From the NCBI GenBank assembly GCA_012800315.1, contig JAAZJO010000010.1, forward strand, positions 45,942-109,941: a DNA stretch of 64,000 bases. Reading direction: 5' to 3'. Position 1 is the first letter of the stretch, and the number at the start of each line of letters is the position of its first letter. The notes beneath the pieces were generated by a model, which did no database searches, was not told the DNA's origin, and was given only the letters and a program-made list of their open reading frames with translations. This document shows, in pieces, positions 39,087-48,603 of this stretch. Both the position numbers and the translations under genes were made by a program. Source of the stretch: Candidatus Falkowbacteria bacterium. GTDB lineage: Bacteria; Patescibacteriota; Patescibacteriia; Patescibacteriales; UBA12465.

Positions 39087-40664
39087 ATGGCCTCGTTTAA
39101 AAAACAGCTTAATAATTGGTTTGCACTTCGGTCTTGGCGACCGTATTTTTTAATTTTTGTTATCGGTTTTCTGCTTTATGGACAGACTCTATTTTTTGAT
39201 TTTACTTATTTTGATGACAATGAATTAATTTTAAATAAAATAGCGGTTCTCAAAGATTTTAAAAATGTGGGAGAAATATTTTCTAACGATGTTTTTTTCT
39301 CAATTAATAAATTTTATTATCGTCCTTTATTAAATCTATCATTCATGTTTGATGCTCAGCTAGGTGGTGAGTTGCCGTTTTTTTATCATTTGAGCAATAT
39401 TTTTTTTCATCTTTTGGCAGCCATGTTAGTTTTTTGTTTATTGAAAAAGATTAGTCAAAAAACAAAATTATCCTTCTTTTTTTCTCTGGTTTTTTTAGTC
39501 CATCCAGTTTTAACGCAGGCCGTTGCCTGGGTAGCGGGAAGAAATGATTCTCTTTTAACAATTTTTGTTTTAGCCGCTTTTATTTTTTTCTTAAACTTTT
39601 CGGCTGATCATAAATTAAGGCAATATCTGGCTTATCTTTTTTGTTTTTTACTTGCTCTTTTTACTAAAGAGACGGCAATTTTTTTGCCAATTTTGCTTAT
39701 CTTTTATTTTTTGTTTATTGATAAAAAAAGTCTTGATCGGTCTGAAAAATGCTTGCTAATTTTGGGTTCTGCCGTCGGAGCAGTGATTTGGTTTTTAGCT
39801 CGGTCATTGGCCCTGGGTCAGGGAAGCATTAATTATTTAACGGCTATTTTGGGGGTTTTAAAAAATTTGCCAGCCCTTTTTTTTAATGTTGGTAAAATAA
39901 TATTGCCCATTAATTTATCAGTTTTGCCTATTTTAGAAGATTCTAGTTTAGTCTGCGGGATAATAGTTTCTCTTTTATTATTTATCGCTTGGTTTTTTTC
40001 TAAAAAGAAAAGACTCAATTATTCTTTATTTGGCTTAATTTGGTTTTTATTATTTCTTTTTCCCTCATTTATTCGCTTGAATGACTTGCCTGATTTTTTA
40101 GAACATCGTTTATATTTACCAATTATTGGTTTTTTTATTATTTTAATGGAAATAGATTGGATTAAAAATTTGGATTTTACAAAAAAGAAAATAAAGATAA
40201 TGGCGGTAATAATTTTATTAATTTTTTCTGTTTTGACTTTGCGGCATAGTAAAAATTTTTATAATCGGTTAACTTTTTGGCATTCAGCGGCTGAAAGTTC
40301 TGTCCACTCTCCTTTAGCTCAACGTAATTTAGGAGCGATGTATTATCTTGATGGGCGGCTTGATTTAGCGATTGAATATTATAATAAAGCCTTGGCACTT
40401 AATCCGGAAGAGGCAATGGTTCATAATAATCTGGGTTTGATTTATTTAGAGCAAAAGCTGTATAAGCAAGCTGAGGAAGAGTTTAAAAAGGAATTAAGTT
40501 TTTATCCTAATTATGATAAAGCCTTATTTAATCTTGGTTCAGTTTATTATCAGACTGGTCGTCAAAAGGAAGGCAGAGAGTTGTGGCAGCGAGCGTTAGA
40601 GGTTAATCCTTATTACTATGAAGCTTATGCTGCCTTGCTTAATTCTCAAAACCGGTTAAGATAG
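39087..40664 (+). CDS. TMTC-like GT-C membrane glycosyltransferase with C-terminal TPRs
   Basis: FDD loop after TM1, YYRPL, FLVHPVLTQAVAWVAGR, LFTKETA, LEHRLYLP, about 11 TM helices and 3-4 TPRs. Confidence 0.8.
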   Translation: MASFKKQLNNWFALRSWRPYFLIFVIGFLLYGQTLFFDFTYFDDNELILNKIAVLKDFKNVGEIFSNDVFFSINKFYYRPLLNLSFMFDAQLGGELPFFYHLSNIFFHLLAAMLVFCLLKKISQKTKLSFFFSLVFLVHPVLTQAVAWVAGRNDSLLTIFVLAAFIFFLNFSADHKLRQYLAYLFCFLLALFTKETAIFLPILLIFYFLFIDKKSLDRSEKCLLILGSAVGAVIWFLARSLALGQGSINYLTAILGVLKNLPALFFNVGKIILPINLSVLPILEDSSLVCGIIVSLLLFIAWFFSKKKRLNYSLFGLIWFLLFLFPSFIRLNDLPDFLEHRLYLPIIGFFIILMEIDWIKNLDFTKKKIKIMAVIILLIFSVLTLRHSKNFYNRLTFWHSAAESSVHSPLAQRNLGAMYYLDGRLDLAIEYYNKALALNPEEAMVHNNLGLIYLEQKLYKQAEEEFKKELSFYPNYDKALFNLGSVYYQTGRQKEGRELWQRALEVNPYYYEAYAALLNSQNRLR

Positions 40665-40668
40665 TATT

Positions 40669-42315
40669 ATGTTAAAAAAATTTTTTAATCAGCAAATTAA
40701 TAGCATCACAGTAGCAGCGGCCCTAGTCGCTTTGTCTTCGCTTTTTTCGCGGCTCTTAGGAGTTATTCGTGATCGTATTTTAGCGGGGCAATTTGGGGCC
40801 GGTACTGATTTAGATATTTATTATGCGGCTTTTCGTGTACCTGATTTAATTTATAATCTTATTGTTTTGGGTGCTTTATCAGCTGGTTTTGTGCCGATAT
40901 TTACTTCTTTAATTAAAGATTTTTTACATGATAAAGATAAAGATTCTGATCCCGTAGAAAAAAACCAGGAGGCTTGGAGTCTAGCTAATAATATTTTAAA
41001 TATTATTTTTATTGCTTTAGTGGGCTTATCAGTTTTGGGAATTATTTTTGCTCCAGCTTTAACTCGTTGCTTAACTCCAGGATTTAGTGCAGAAAGTCAG
41101 GCGATGACTACTTCTTTAACGCGTATCATGTTTCTTTCTCCAATATTTTTAGGTATCTCTGGTGTTTTAGGTGGTATTTTACAGTCATTTAAAAGATTTT
41201 TGGTTTATTCAATTGCTCCTATTTTTTATAACTTAGGTATTATTATTGGTGCTTTATATTTTGCGCCTCGTTGGGGTCTTGTTGGCTTGGCTTGGGGTGT
41301 GGCTTTGGGCGCCTTTTTACACATGGCTGTTCAAATTCCAGCAGTTTATAATTTAGGTTTTCGTTATAAATTGAAAATTGCTTGGTCTGATTTTTATACC
41401 AAAAAGATTTTTAAGATGATGGTTCCGCGTACGATGAGTTTAGCAATTTCTCAAATAAACTTAATTGTGATCACCGTAATTGCCACTGGCTTATCAAGTG
41501 GATCTTTGGCGGTTTTTAACTTAGCTAATAATTTACAATCTTTTCCGATTGGTATTTTTGGAATTTCTTTTGCAATTGCTGCTTTTCCTAGTTTAGCAGC
41601 CACTGCTTTTGATAAAGAAAAATTGACGGCTAATTTTTCACAAACTTTTCGTCAGATTTTATTTTTCATTGTCCCAGCAACGGTTTTAATAATTGCTTTG
41701 CGTGCTCAAATTATTCGGGTCATTCTTGGAACCGGTAATTTTGATTGGCAAGATACGATTATGACAATGAATACGCTTGGTTTTTTTGCTTTAAGTTTAT
41801 TTGCTCAAGCAACAATTCCTTTATTAGTGCGCGTTTTTTATGCTCGCCAAAATTCAGCCACCCCTTTTTATCTTGGTTTAGTAACGGTTTTAGTTAATAT
41901 CGGCTTATCTTTTCTCTTTTCAAAAACGCTTGGCGTGGCTGGTTTAGCCTTAGCTTTCTCTATCGCTAATATTTTGAATTTTGTGCTACTTTGGATTTGG
42001 TTGTATTTTTCGGTGGGCACTTTAGATCTTGGCAAGATTATAATTTCTGTGTTAAAATTTACTGTCAGCGCGATTGGCGCTGGTTTAGTCACCCAGATTA
42101 TGAAGGTGGTTATTTGGCCATTTATTGATATGACCACTTTTGTCGGCGTCTTTACCCAATTAGTCGTTTGTGGATTATCTGGAACTTTGGTTTATCTATT
42201 GCTTTGCTTATTACTTAAGAGTGAAGAATTATTTAGATTTATTGCTTCTTTACAGAATCGTTGGCCACTTAAGAAAATTAAGTTGGGCGACCAGGGGGAA
42301 GCAAGAGGAGTTTAA
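40669..42315 (+). CDS. murJ: Lipid II flippase MurJ/MviN
   Basis: SRLLGVIRD, AAFRVPD, GALSAGFVPIF, FPIGIFGISFA; multi-pass membrane protein. Confidence 0.93.
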   Translation: MLKKFFNQQINSITVAAALVALSSLFSRLLGVIRDRILAGQFGAGTDLDIYYAAFRVPDLIYNLIVLGALSAGFVPIFTSLIKDFLHDKDKDSDPVEKNQEAWSLANNILNIIFIALVGLSVLGIIFAPALTRCLTPGFSAESQAMTTSLTRIMFLSPIFLGISGVLGGILQSFKRFLVYSIAPIFYNLGIIIGALYFAPRWGLVGLAWGVALGAFLHMAVQIPAVYNLGFRYKLKIAWSDFYTKKIFKMMVPRTMSLAISQINLIVITVIATGLSSGSLAVFNLANNLQSFPIGIFGISFAIAAFPSLAATAFDKEKLTANFSQTFRQILFFIVPATVLIIALRAQIIRVILGTGNFDWQDTIMTMNTLGFFALSLFAQATIPLLVRVFYARQNSATPFYLGLVTVLVNIGLSFLFSKTLGVAGLALAFSIANILNFVLLWIWLYFSVGTLDLGKIIISVLKFTVSAIGAGLVTQIMKVVIWPFIDMTTFVGVFTQLVVCGLSGTLVYLLLCLLLKSEELFRFIASLQNRWPLKKIKLGDQGEARGV

Positions 42316-42341
42316 TATTTTATAATTTTTATTTGAGATTA

Positions 42342-44165
42342 ATGAAAGAAGATATTAATAAAATTAGAAATTTTTGTATTATTGCTCATATTGATCATGG
42401 AAAATCAACTTTGGCTGATCGTATGTTAGAAATTACTAGCACAGTTGAAGAGCGTAGAATGAAGGAGCAGGTTTTGGATGGCATGGATATTGAAAGAGAG
42501 CGGGGAATTACAATTAAATTACAGCCAGTGACCATGGAATATAATGGCCATAAGTTAAATTTAATTGATACTCCGGGTCATGTAGACTTTTCTTATGAAG
42601 TTTCTCGTTCTTTAGCAGCTGTAGAAACGGCAATTTTATTAATTGATTGTACTCAGGGAATTCAAGCGCAAACCTTAGCTAATTTATATTTAGCTATTGA
42701 GCAAGATTTAACAATTATTCCGGTAGTTAATAAAATTGATTTGCCAGCAGCCGATGTAGCGAAAACTAAAAGAGAAATTGTTAAATTATTAGGTTGCCAA
42801 GAGGCGGAAATATTAGCTTGTTCTGGAAAAACAGGAGAAGGTGTAGCTGAGGTTTTAGCTGAAGTGATTAAAAAAGGTTTGCCGCCTAAGGAAAAAGAGC
42901 TTAGTCTCACTGATTATCCGCGAGCTTTAATTTTTGATTCAAAGTATGACACTTATCGCGGGGTGGTTGCCTACGTTAGAGTTTTTAATGGCACTATTAG
43001 AAAGGGTGATAAAATTCGTCTTTTATCAATGGGCGCGGAAAGTGAGGTTTTGGATTGTGGTATTTTTAAACCAGACTATCATTCTTTAGAGGCTCTTAGT
43101 GCTGGAGAAATTGGTTATATTATTACCGGCTTTAAAACGGTTGGTGATTGTCGGGTGGGTGATACTTTAACAGCTAATAAAGGAGTAAACAATTTTTCTC
43201 AGATTGAACCTTTGCCTGGTTATAAAGAAGTTAAACCAATGGTTTTTGCTGGTATTTTTCCACGTGAAGGCAGTGATTTTAAAGAATTGCGCGAGGCCAT
43301 GGATAAATTAAAATTGAATGACGCAGCTTTATCTTATGAGCCGGAAAGATCAGATGCGCTTGGTTTTGGTTTTCGTTGTGGCTTTCTTGGACTTCTTCAT
43401 CTGGAGGTTTTTCAAGAAAGATTGCGTCGTGAATATAATCTTGATTTAATTGTGACCGTGCCAAGCGTTGCTTATAAAGTTTTTAAAAATAATGGTGAAG
43501 AAATTATTGTACGCACACCACAAAAATTGCCCGAGCCGACACATATTAAACATATTGAAGAGCCTTGGGTAAATTTGGATATTATTACTCCGAAAAATTA
43601 TCTGGGTAATATTATTAAATTAGCCCAAGAAAAGAGAGGGGTTTATAAAAATACTGAATATATTTCGGCGGAAAGTGATGAGCCACGTGTAATTTTACAT
43701 TATGAAATTCCAATGTCAGCGATTTTAACTGATTTTTATGATAAAATAAAAAGTGCTTCGGCTGGCTATGCTTCAATTAATTATGAGTTTCTTGATTATC
43801 GCCAAGCAGATGTGGTTAGAATGGATGTTTTAGTAGCTGAAGAGCCAATTGAGGCCTTGGCAACGATTGTCTATCGTGATCAAGCGATGAGTGAGGGGCG
43901 GGAAGTGGTTAATATTTTAAAAGACACTTTGCCACGCCAGATGTTTGTGATTAAAATTCAGGCGGCGGTTCATGGAAAAATTATTGCGGCGGAAAAATTA
44001 TCAGCGTTGCGCAAAGATGTGACAGCTAAATTATATGGTGGAGATGTTTCTCGTAAACGTAAGTTATTAGAAAAGCAGAAAAAAGGTAAACAGAAAATGA
44101 TGGCTGCTGGTAAAGGCAGTGTTGATATCCCGCCAGATGCTTTTGTTAAAATATTAAAGAGATAA
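42342..44165 (+). CDS. lepA: Elongation factor 4
   Basis: IRNFCIIAHIDHGKSTLADR, DTPGHVDF, GFRCGFLGLLH, GGDVSRKRKLLEKQK. Confidence 0.97.
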   Translation: MKEDINKIRNFCIIAHIDHGKSTLADRMLEITSTVEERRMKEQVLDGMDIERERGITIKLQPVTMEYNGHKLNLIDTPGHVDFSYEVSRSLAAVETAILLIDCTQGIQAQTLANLYLAIEQDLTIIPVVNKIDLPAADVAKTKREIVKLLGCQEAEILACSGKTGEGVAEVLAEVIKKGLPPKEKELSLTDYPRALIFDSKYDTYRGVVAYVRVFNGTIRKGDKIRLLSMGAESEVLDCGIFKPDYHSLEALSAGEIGYIITGFKTVGDCRVGDTLTANKGVNNFSQIEPLPGYKEVKPMVFAGIFPREGSDFKELREAMDKLKLNDAALSYEPERSDALGFGFRCGFLGLLHLEVFQERLRREYNLDLIVTVPSVAYKVFKNNGEEIIVRTPQKLPEPTHIKHIEEPWVNLDIITPKNYLGNIIKLAQEKRGVYKNTEYISAESDEPRVILHYEIPMSAILTDFYDKIKSASAGYASINYEFLDYRQADVVRMDVLVAEEPIEALATIVYRDQAMSEGREVVNILKDTLPRQMFVIKIQAAVHGKIIAAEKLSALRKDVTAKLYGGDVSRKRKLLEKQKKGKQKMMAAGKGSVDIPPDAFVKILKR

Positions 44166-44184
44166 ATAAATCTAAAATACTTAT

Positions 44185-44283
44185 ATGAGAAGACAAAAAA
44201 CAATCAAGATTTTTTGGATAATAATTTCAATGATTATTATTTTTTCAATGTTGGCTTGGTCTGTAGGTACGATATTTTTCTAA
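44185..44283 (+). CDS. 32-aa single-TM small protein (below the ORF-track cut-off)
   Basis: MRRQKTIKIFWIIISMIIIFSMLAWSVGTIFF*; fills the lepA-recJ gap with spacers of about 20 nt. Confidence 0.6.
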   Translation: MRRQKTIKIFWIIISMIIIFSMLAWSVGTIFF

Positions 44284-44303
44284 TAAATTTTTGATATATC
44301 GCC

Positions 44304-46127
44304 ATGAAAGAATGGCAAATTTTTCCTAAAGCGGCGGCGGATTTTTTCCGCAATTACCCGGATATTAATCCGGTAGTTTTGCAATTACTTTTTAATCGCG
44401 GTCTTAAAGAGAAAATTGATATTAAGTCTTTTTTAAATTGCGAACTTGCTGCTGATAAAACTTTAGCGATTGGTGAGAATCAGGAATATGTTTTTTATGA
44501 TCCATTTTTGTTTAGAGATATGGCGGCAGCGGTTGATTTAATTATTGCGCATATTAAAAAGGGTAGCCCGATAGTAATTTATGGAGATTATGATGCGGAT
44601 GGAGTTACTGCTTCGGTTATTCTTTTAGAAACTTTAAAAATTTTACATGCTCAGGTGGAAGTTTATTTACCAGATAGAGTGGCTGAAGGATATGGTTTAA
44701 ATAAGGCGGCGATTAATCAACTAGCTGCTCAGGGAGTAAAATTATTAATTACAGTTGATAATGGTATTCGTAATTTTGCTGAAGTAGCCTATGCTAAAAG
44801 TAAGGGCTTAGAAGTAATTATTACCGATCATCATGTTTTACCGGAAAATAGAAAGGAGATACCAGATTGTCTCTATATTGATCCGGCTGATCAAGAAGAT
44901 AATTATCCTTGGCCGTATTTAGCGGGCGTTGGTGTTTCTTTTAAATTGATTAGCGCTTTATTAGCCAAGGCTAATTTACCGGATAAACAGAAGCAGTTAA
45001 TTATGGAAAAAAGTCTTGATTTAGTGGCGGTGGGCACAGTTGCTGATATGGTTAGTCTTTTGGGAGAGAATAGATTATTAGTGAAGAGTGGTTTAAAAAT
45101 ATTAAATCAAAATAGGCGTCTAGGTTTAAATGAGTTAATTAAGGTTTCTAAAATAAATAATGGTCGGCCATTGGAAGCGTGGAATATTGGTTGGCAAATC
45201 GGACCGCGCCTTAATGCTGCTAGTCGTTTAAGTCATGCTAATACCGCCTTTGAGTTATTGACTACAACTGATGCGGCGGAAGCCAAAGAGTTGGCTGCTG
45301 AGTTAAATCAACGCAACATTAATCGTCAGCGCATTACCGAAGAAATAATTTCTCAAGTAGAAGTACAAATTGATAAAGATAATTTACCTAATTTAATTGT
45401 TGGTGTGGCTGGTGAAAATCAAATTTGGAATGAAGGAGTGATTGGTTTAGTAGCTGGGAAAATAGCCGAAAAATATTATCGGCCAACTTTAATTATCACT
45501 CGTTTAATTGAAGAGGCGGAATTTGATGCTGATACGAAAAAATTAGTTCCGAAAAAAGTTTCTTTCAAAGGCTCTGGTCGTTCAGTGGATGAATTTAATT
45601 TAATAGAGGCAATTGAAGATTGTGCTCCCAACCTTGATAAATTTGGCGGACATCCGATGGCTTGTGGTTTTTCAATAAATTCGGAAGTAGCTTTAGATAA
45701 ATTTATTTCTCAAATTCAAGAGATTGCTGAACAAAAAATTACTCAAACTGCCTTAGTTCCTAAATTAAAAATTGAAATGGAATTAGATTTTTCAGCTATT
45801 AATCTTGATTTAGCTGAGGCAGTTAATTCTTTAGCCCCTCATGGGCAAAATAATCCGCAACCCCGTTTTGTTAGTTATCATTTAAGAATTGATGATATTG
45901 TGACGATGGGTTTTGACAATCAACATATTAAAATGCGTCTTTCTAAAGTTGATCCTAGCTCTGGCACAACTTCTTCTTTTTGGGCTTTGGCTTTTGGCGG
46001 GGCAGCTAACTATAAAGAATGTGTTATTGGTGATTATATTGATTTAGTTTATTATTTAGAAATAAATGATTTTAATGGTCGGCGTGAACCGCAATTAAAA
46101 ATTATTGATTTAAAAAAATATGAGTAA
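44304..46127 (+). CDS. recJ: ssDNA-specific exonuclease RecJ
   Basis: YGDYDADG, ITVDNG, ITDHH, GPRLNAASRL, GSGRS, FGGHPMACG. Confidence 0.95.
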   Translation: MKEWQIFPKAAADFFRNYPDINPVVLQLLFNRGLKEKIDIKSFLNCELAADKTLAIGENQEYVFYDPFLFRDMAAAVDLIIAHIKKGSPIVIYGDYDADGVTASVILLETLKILHAQVEVYLPDRVAEGYGLNKAAINQLAAQGVKLLITVDNGIRNFAEVAYAKSKGLEVIITDHHVLPENRKEIPDCLYIDPADQEDNYPWPYLAGVGVSFKLISALLAKANLPDKQKQLIMEKSLDLVAVGTVADMVSLLGENRLLVKSGLKILNQNRRLGLNELIKVSKINNGRPLEAWNIGWQIGPRLNAASRLSHANTAFELLTTTDAAEAKELAAELNQRNINRQRITEEIISQVEVQIDKDNLPNLIVGVAGENQIWNEGVIGLVAGKIAEKYYRPTLIITRLIEEAEFDADTKKLVPKKVSFKGSGRSVDEFNLIEAIEDCAPNLDKFGGHPMACGFSINSEVALDKFISQIQEIAEQKITQTALVPKLKIEMELDFSAINLDLAEAVNSLAPHGQNNPQPRFVSYHLRIDDIVTMGFDNQHIKMRLSKVDPSSGTTSSFWALAFGGAANYKECVIGDYIDLVYYLEINDFNGRREPQLKIIDLKKYE

Positions 46128-46527
46128 GTTTATTATTTTTACTGACGGAGGAGCGCGGGGCAATCCAGGACCAGCTGGGATTGGCGCGGTTATTTATAAT
46201 GAGGACAAAGTTTTAGTAGCAGAGATTTCTGAATATTTAGGCGAGACTACTAATAATCAAGCTGAATATAAAGCTTTGATTGCTGCTTTAAAAAAAGTAA
46301 TCACTTTAGGAGCAATTGAAGTGGAGTGCTATCTTGATAGTGAGTTAGTGGTTAAACAATTAAATCGGGAATATAAAATAAAGAACAAAGAGCTGGCGCC
46401 TTTGTTCTTAGAGATACATAATTTAAGTTTAAATTTTAAAAAGATTTCTTTTATCCATATTCCGCGTGAGCGGAATAAGGAGGCAGATAAATTAGCTAAT
46501 GAGGCAATGGACAGAGGCGCTAAATAA
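46120..46527 (+). CDS. rnhA: Ribonuclease HI family protein
   Basis: FTDGGARGNPGPAG, TNNQAEY, DSELVVKQ, RERNKEADKLAN. Confidence 0.92.
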   Translation: MSKFIIFTDGGARGNPGPAGIGAVIYNEDKVLVAEISEYLGETTNNQAEYKALIAALKKVITLGAIEVECYLDSELVVKQLNREYKIKNKELAPLFLEIHNLSLNFKKISFIHIPRERNKEADKLANEAMDRGAK

Positions 46528-46537
46528 GCGCCTTTTT
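46515..46537 (+). terminator. Terminator hairpin spanning the rnhA stop, between convergent genes
   Basis: AGGCGCT-AAATA-AGCGCCT followed by TTTT. Confidence 0.55.
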
Positions 46538-46540
46538 ATA

Positions 46541-47734
46541 TTATGAATTTGGACAAGGATTATTCATCGGTTCATTATATTGATAATGCCACCATTCTCC
46601 ACAATATCTAACCCAGCCGGCCGCCTGCATTATTTCTTTTAATTTTTCTACATCAGCATCAGAATATTCAGCATTAGCTTTTCCGCCAATGTGATTACAA
46701 GATTCCGTGCCTTTAATACAAAGATCAATTGCTTTACCACTGCGGTGACCACCGCAACTTCCCGGTTTAGCTACCCATTTTTGGGCTTCTAGTTCGTTGC
46801 CGTATGTTCTTAGGGCGGCTTCCCATAATTCTTGTTGGTGTTGAGCTGTTCTAAAGGCGCTAACGACATGTAGATTAACACCTCGTTTTTGAGCTTCGGA
46901 GATAGCTAAAGAGAGACCATCAATTCCTTCAGGGGCGAGAAAAGGTGAGGTAGCGCTCGTTGAAACTAAATCAGAGATAGGTTGAATTTCTTTATCTTTA
47001 GCACAGGTACCGACAGCATTTTCAGTACTATCACTACCATTTTTTATAGGGGTGATAACTATTTTTTGAACTGAGGAAACATTAACTCCTTTTAGATTAA
47101 CTAAATCAGGATTGACGATTGTTAAAATTGTGTAGGAAACTAGCAGAATGATTAAGCCACTAATACTACCGATTATTAATTCCTTCGCTTTAGTAATTTT
47201 TGAGGCATCGCCAGCTGAAATTAGCCAGAGCAAACCACCAGCCATTAGCATGATGGCGGCGAGAATACCGACAATGCCCAGAGCATAATTATATAAACCA
47301 GCAATATATTGCCCAATCCAAGGAATATTACATTTTTCACCCACGGGACAAGTTACAGGAGCTAATTTATTTAGCCCAGGTATTTGCACCTGAAAATCAG
47401 GGATAGTAAAGCGGGCAGCTACTGGTTCTTGTACTGGTTCTTGGGTTTCACAACAACAGACAGCCTCATCTAATCCTTTAGTTTTTGGTTTTGGCGTGGC
47501 GGAGCAGAAGTCATCGCTAAATTGAGTCATTTGCTTCTCTTCACATGTCCCAGATTTAATTATTACTTTACTTATTATGGTGTTTTGCTGATAAGAAGTT
47601 GTCATTGCTTTATTTATCACTGACCAAGTACAATTTCCGCCAGCGCTGACTGGATTTGTGGTAGATAAAAAGAGGCTCAAAAAAAGAAGAGGAAATAAAA
47701 TCAAGAGTATAGATTTTTTTATCTTTAAATTCAT
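46541..47734 (-). CDS. CPR-type pilin (TrbC/VirB2-like) fused to an M15 (VanY-like) peptidase
   Basis: Signal peptide; pilin core YIAGLYNYALGIVGILA...GGLLWLISAGDASKITKAKELI...ILTIVNPDLV; then SAFRT, HRSGKAID and EWWH. Confidence 0.8.
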   Translation of the reverse strand: MNLKIKKSILLILFPLLFLSLFLSTTNPVSAGGNCTWSVINKAMTTSYQQNTIISKVIIKSGTCEEKQMTQFSDDFCSATPKPKTKGLDEAVCCCETQEPVQEPVAARFTIPDFQVQIPGLNKLAPVTCPVGEKCNIPWIGQYIAGLYNYALGIVGILAAIMLMAGGLLWLISAGDASKITKAKELIIGSISGLIILLVSYTILTIVNPDLVNLKGVNVSSVQKIVITPIKNGSDSTENAVGTCAKDKEIQPISDLVSTSATSPFLAPEGIDGLSLAISEAQKRGVNLHVVSAFRTAQHQQELWEAALRTYGNELEAQKWVAKPGSCGGHRSGKAIDLCIKGTESCNHIGGKANAEYSDADVEKLKEIMQAAGWVRYCGEWWHYQYNEPMNNPCPNS

Positions 47735-48603
47735 ATTTTATATTTTTTTATATTTTCGGCGGCTAATTTTTGGATAATAGAAATATCAGCTTCTTTTAGA
47801 TGTTTAAAACGTCCTTGTTTTTTTAAATATTCTTCAACTGCTTTAGCTTGGAAATTAGAATTAATACTGGAAGCACTTAATTGTCCATTAATATATTCTA
47901 ATAACGGATAAAGACCAGTTTGGACGGCTAATTTGCCCAGCATTGCTGCTTCGTTATTATTTATTTTCCAACCGGGAATGCAGGGGCAGAGTATTTGTAG
48001 ATAACTTGGGCCATCTGTTTCTAAAGCCTTTTTTACTTTATTAGTAATATCATCTGGAAAGCCGGCAGAGGATTGAGCAACATATTTTAAATTATGTGCT
48101 AGAGCAATAGCTAGCATATCTTTTTTTCTTTGAGTTGAGCCGCTGGAGACGGTGCCTGAGGGGGAAGTAGAGGTACTGGCGCCGTAGGGAGTAGCACCCG
48201 AGGCCTGTATACCAGTATTTGAATAAGCTTCGGTATCATAACAGATATATAAAACATTTTCTCCGCGCTCCCAGAGACCACTAATTAAGCCAAAGCCAAT
48301 ATCAAAAGTGCCACCGTCGCCCCCTTGAACAACTACTTTAGTTTTTTTATCGCCTTTTTTATTTAGAGCGGCCTTAATGCCTGAAGCTACAGCGGCAGCA
48401 TTTTCAAACAAAGAATGAATCCAGGGTAAACCCCAAGCACTTTGCGGATAAGCAGTTGTGGTTACTTCTAAGCAACCAGTGGCGTTAGCGATAATAACAT
48501 TTTTATGTAAGCCGCGCATTACTGCTTGTGCAGCTGATAATTGACCGCAGCCAGCGCAACCGTTGTGGCCAGGGGAGAGAAATTTAGTATTTTTATTATT
48601 CAT
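47731..48603 (-). CDS. porB: Pyruvate:ferredoxin oxidoreductase beta subunit (TPP-binding)
   Basis: GHNGCAGCG, NATGC, GGDGG, YSNTGIQAS, CPCIPGW; start at ATG 48603. Confidence 0.9.
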   Translation of the reverse strand: MNNKNTKFLSPGHNGCAGCGQLSAAQAVMRGLHKNVIIANATGCLEVTTTAYPQSAWGLPWIHSLFENAAAVASGIKAALNKKGDKKTKVVVQGGDGGTFDIGFGLISGLWERGENVLYICYDTEAYSNTGIQASGATPYGASTSTSPSGTVSSGSTQRKKDMLAIALAHNLKYVAQSSAGFPDDITNKVKKALETDGPSYLQILCPCIPGWKINNNEAAMLGKLAVQTGLYPLLEYINGQLSASSINSNFQAKAVEEYLKKQGRFKHLKEADISIIQKLAAENIKKYKI

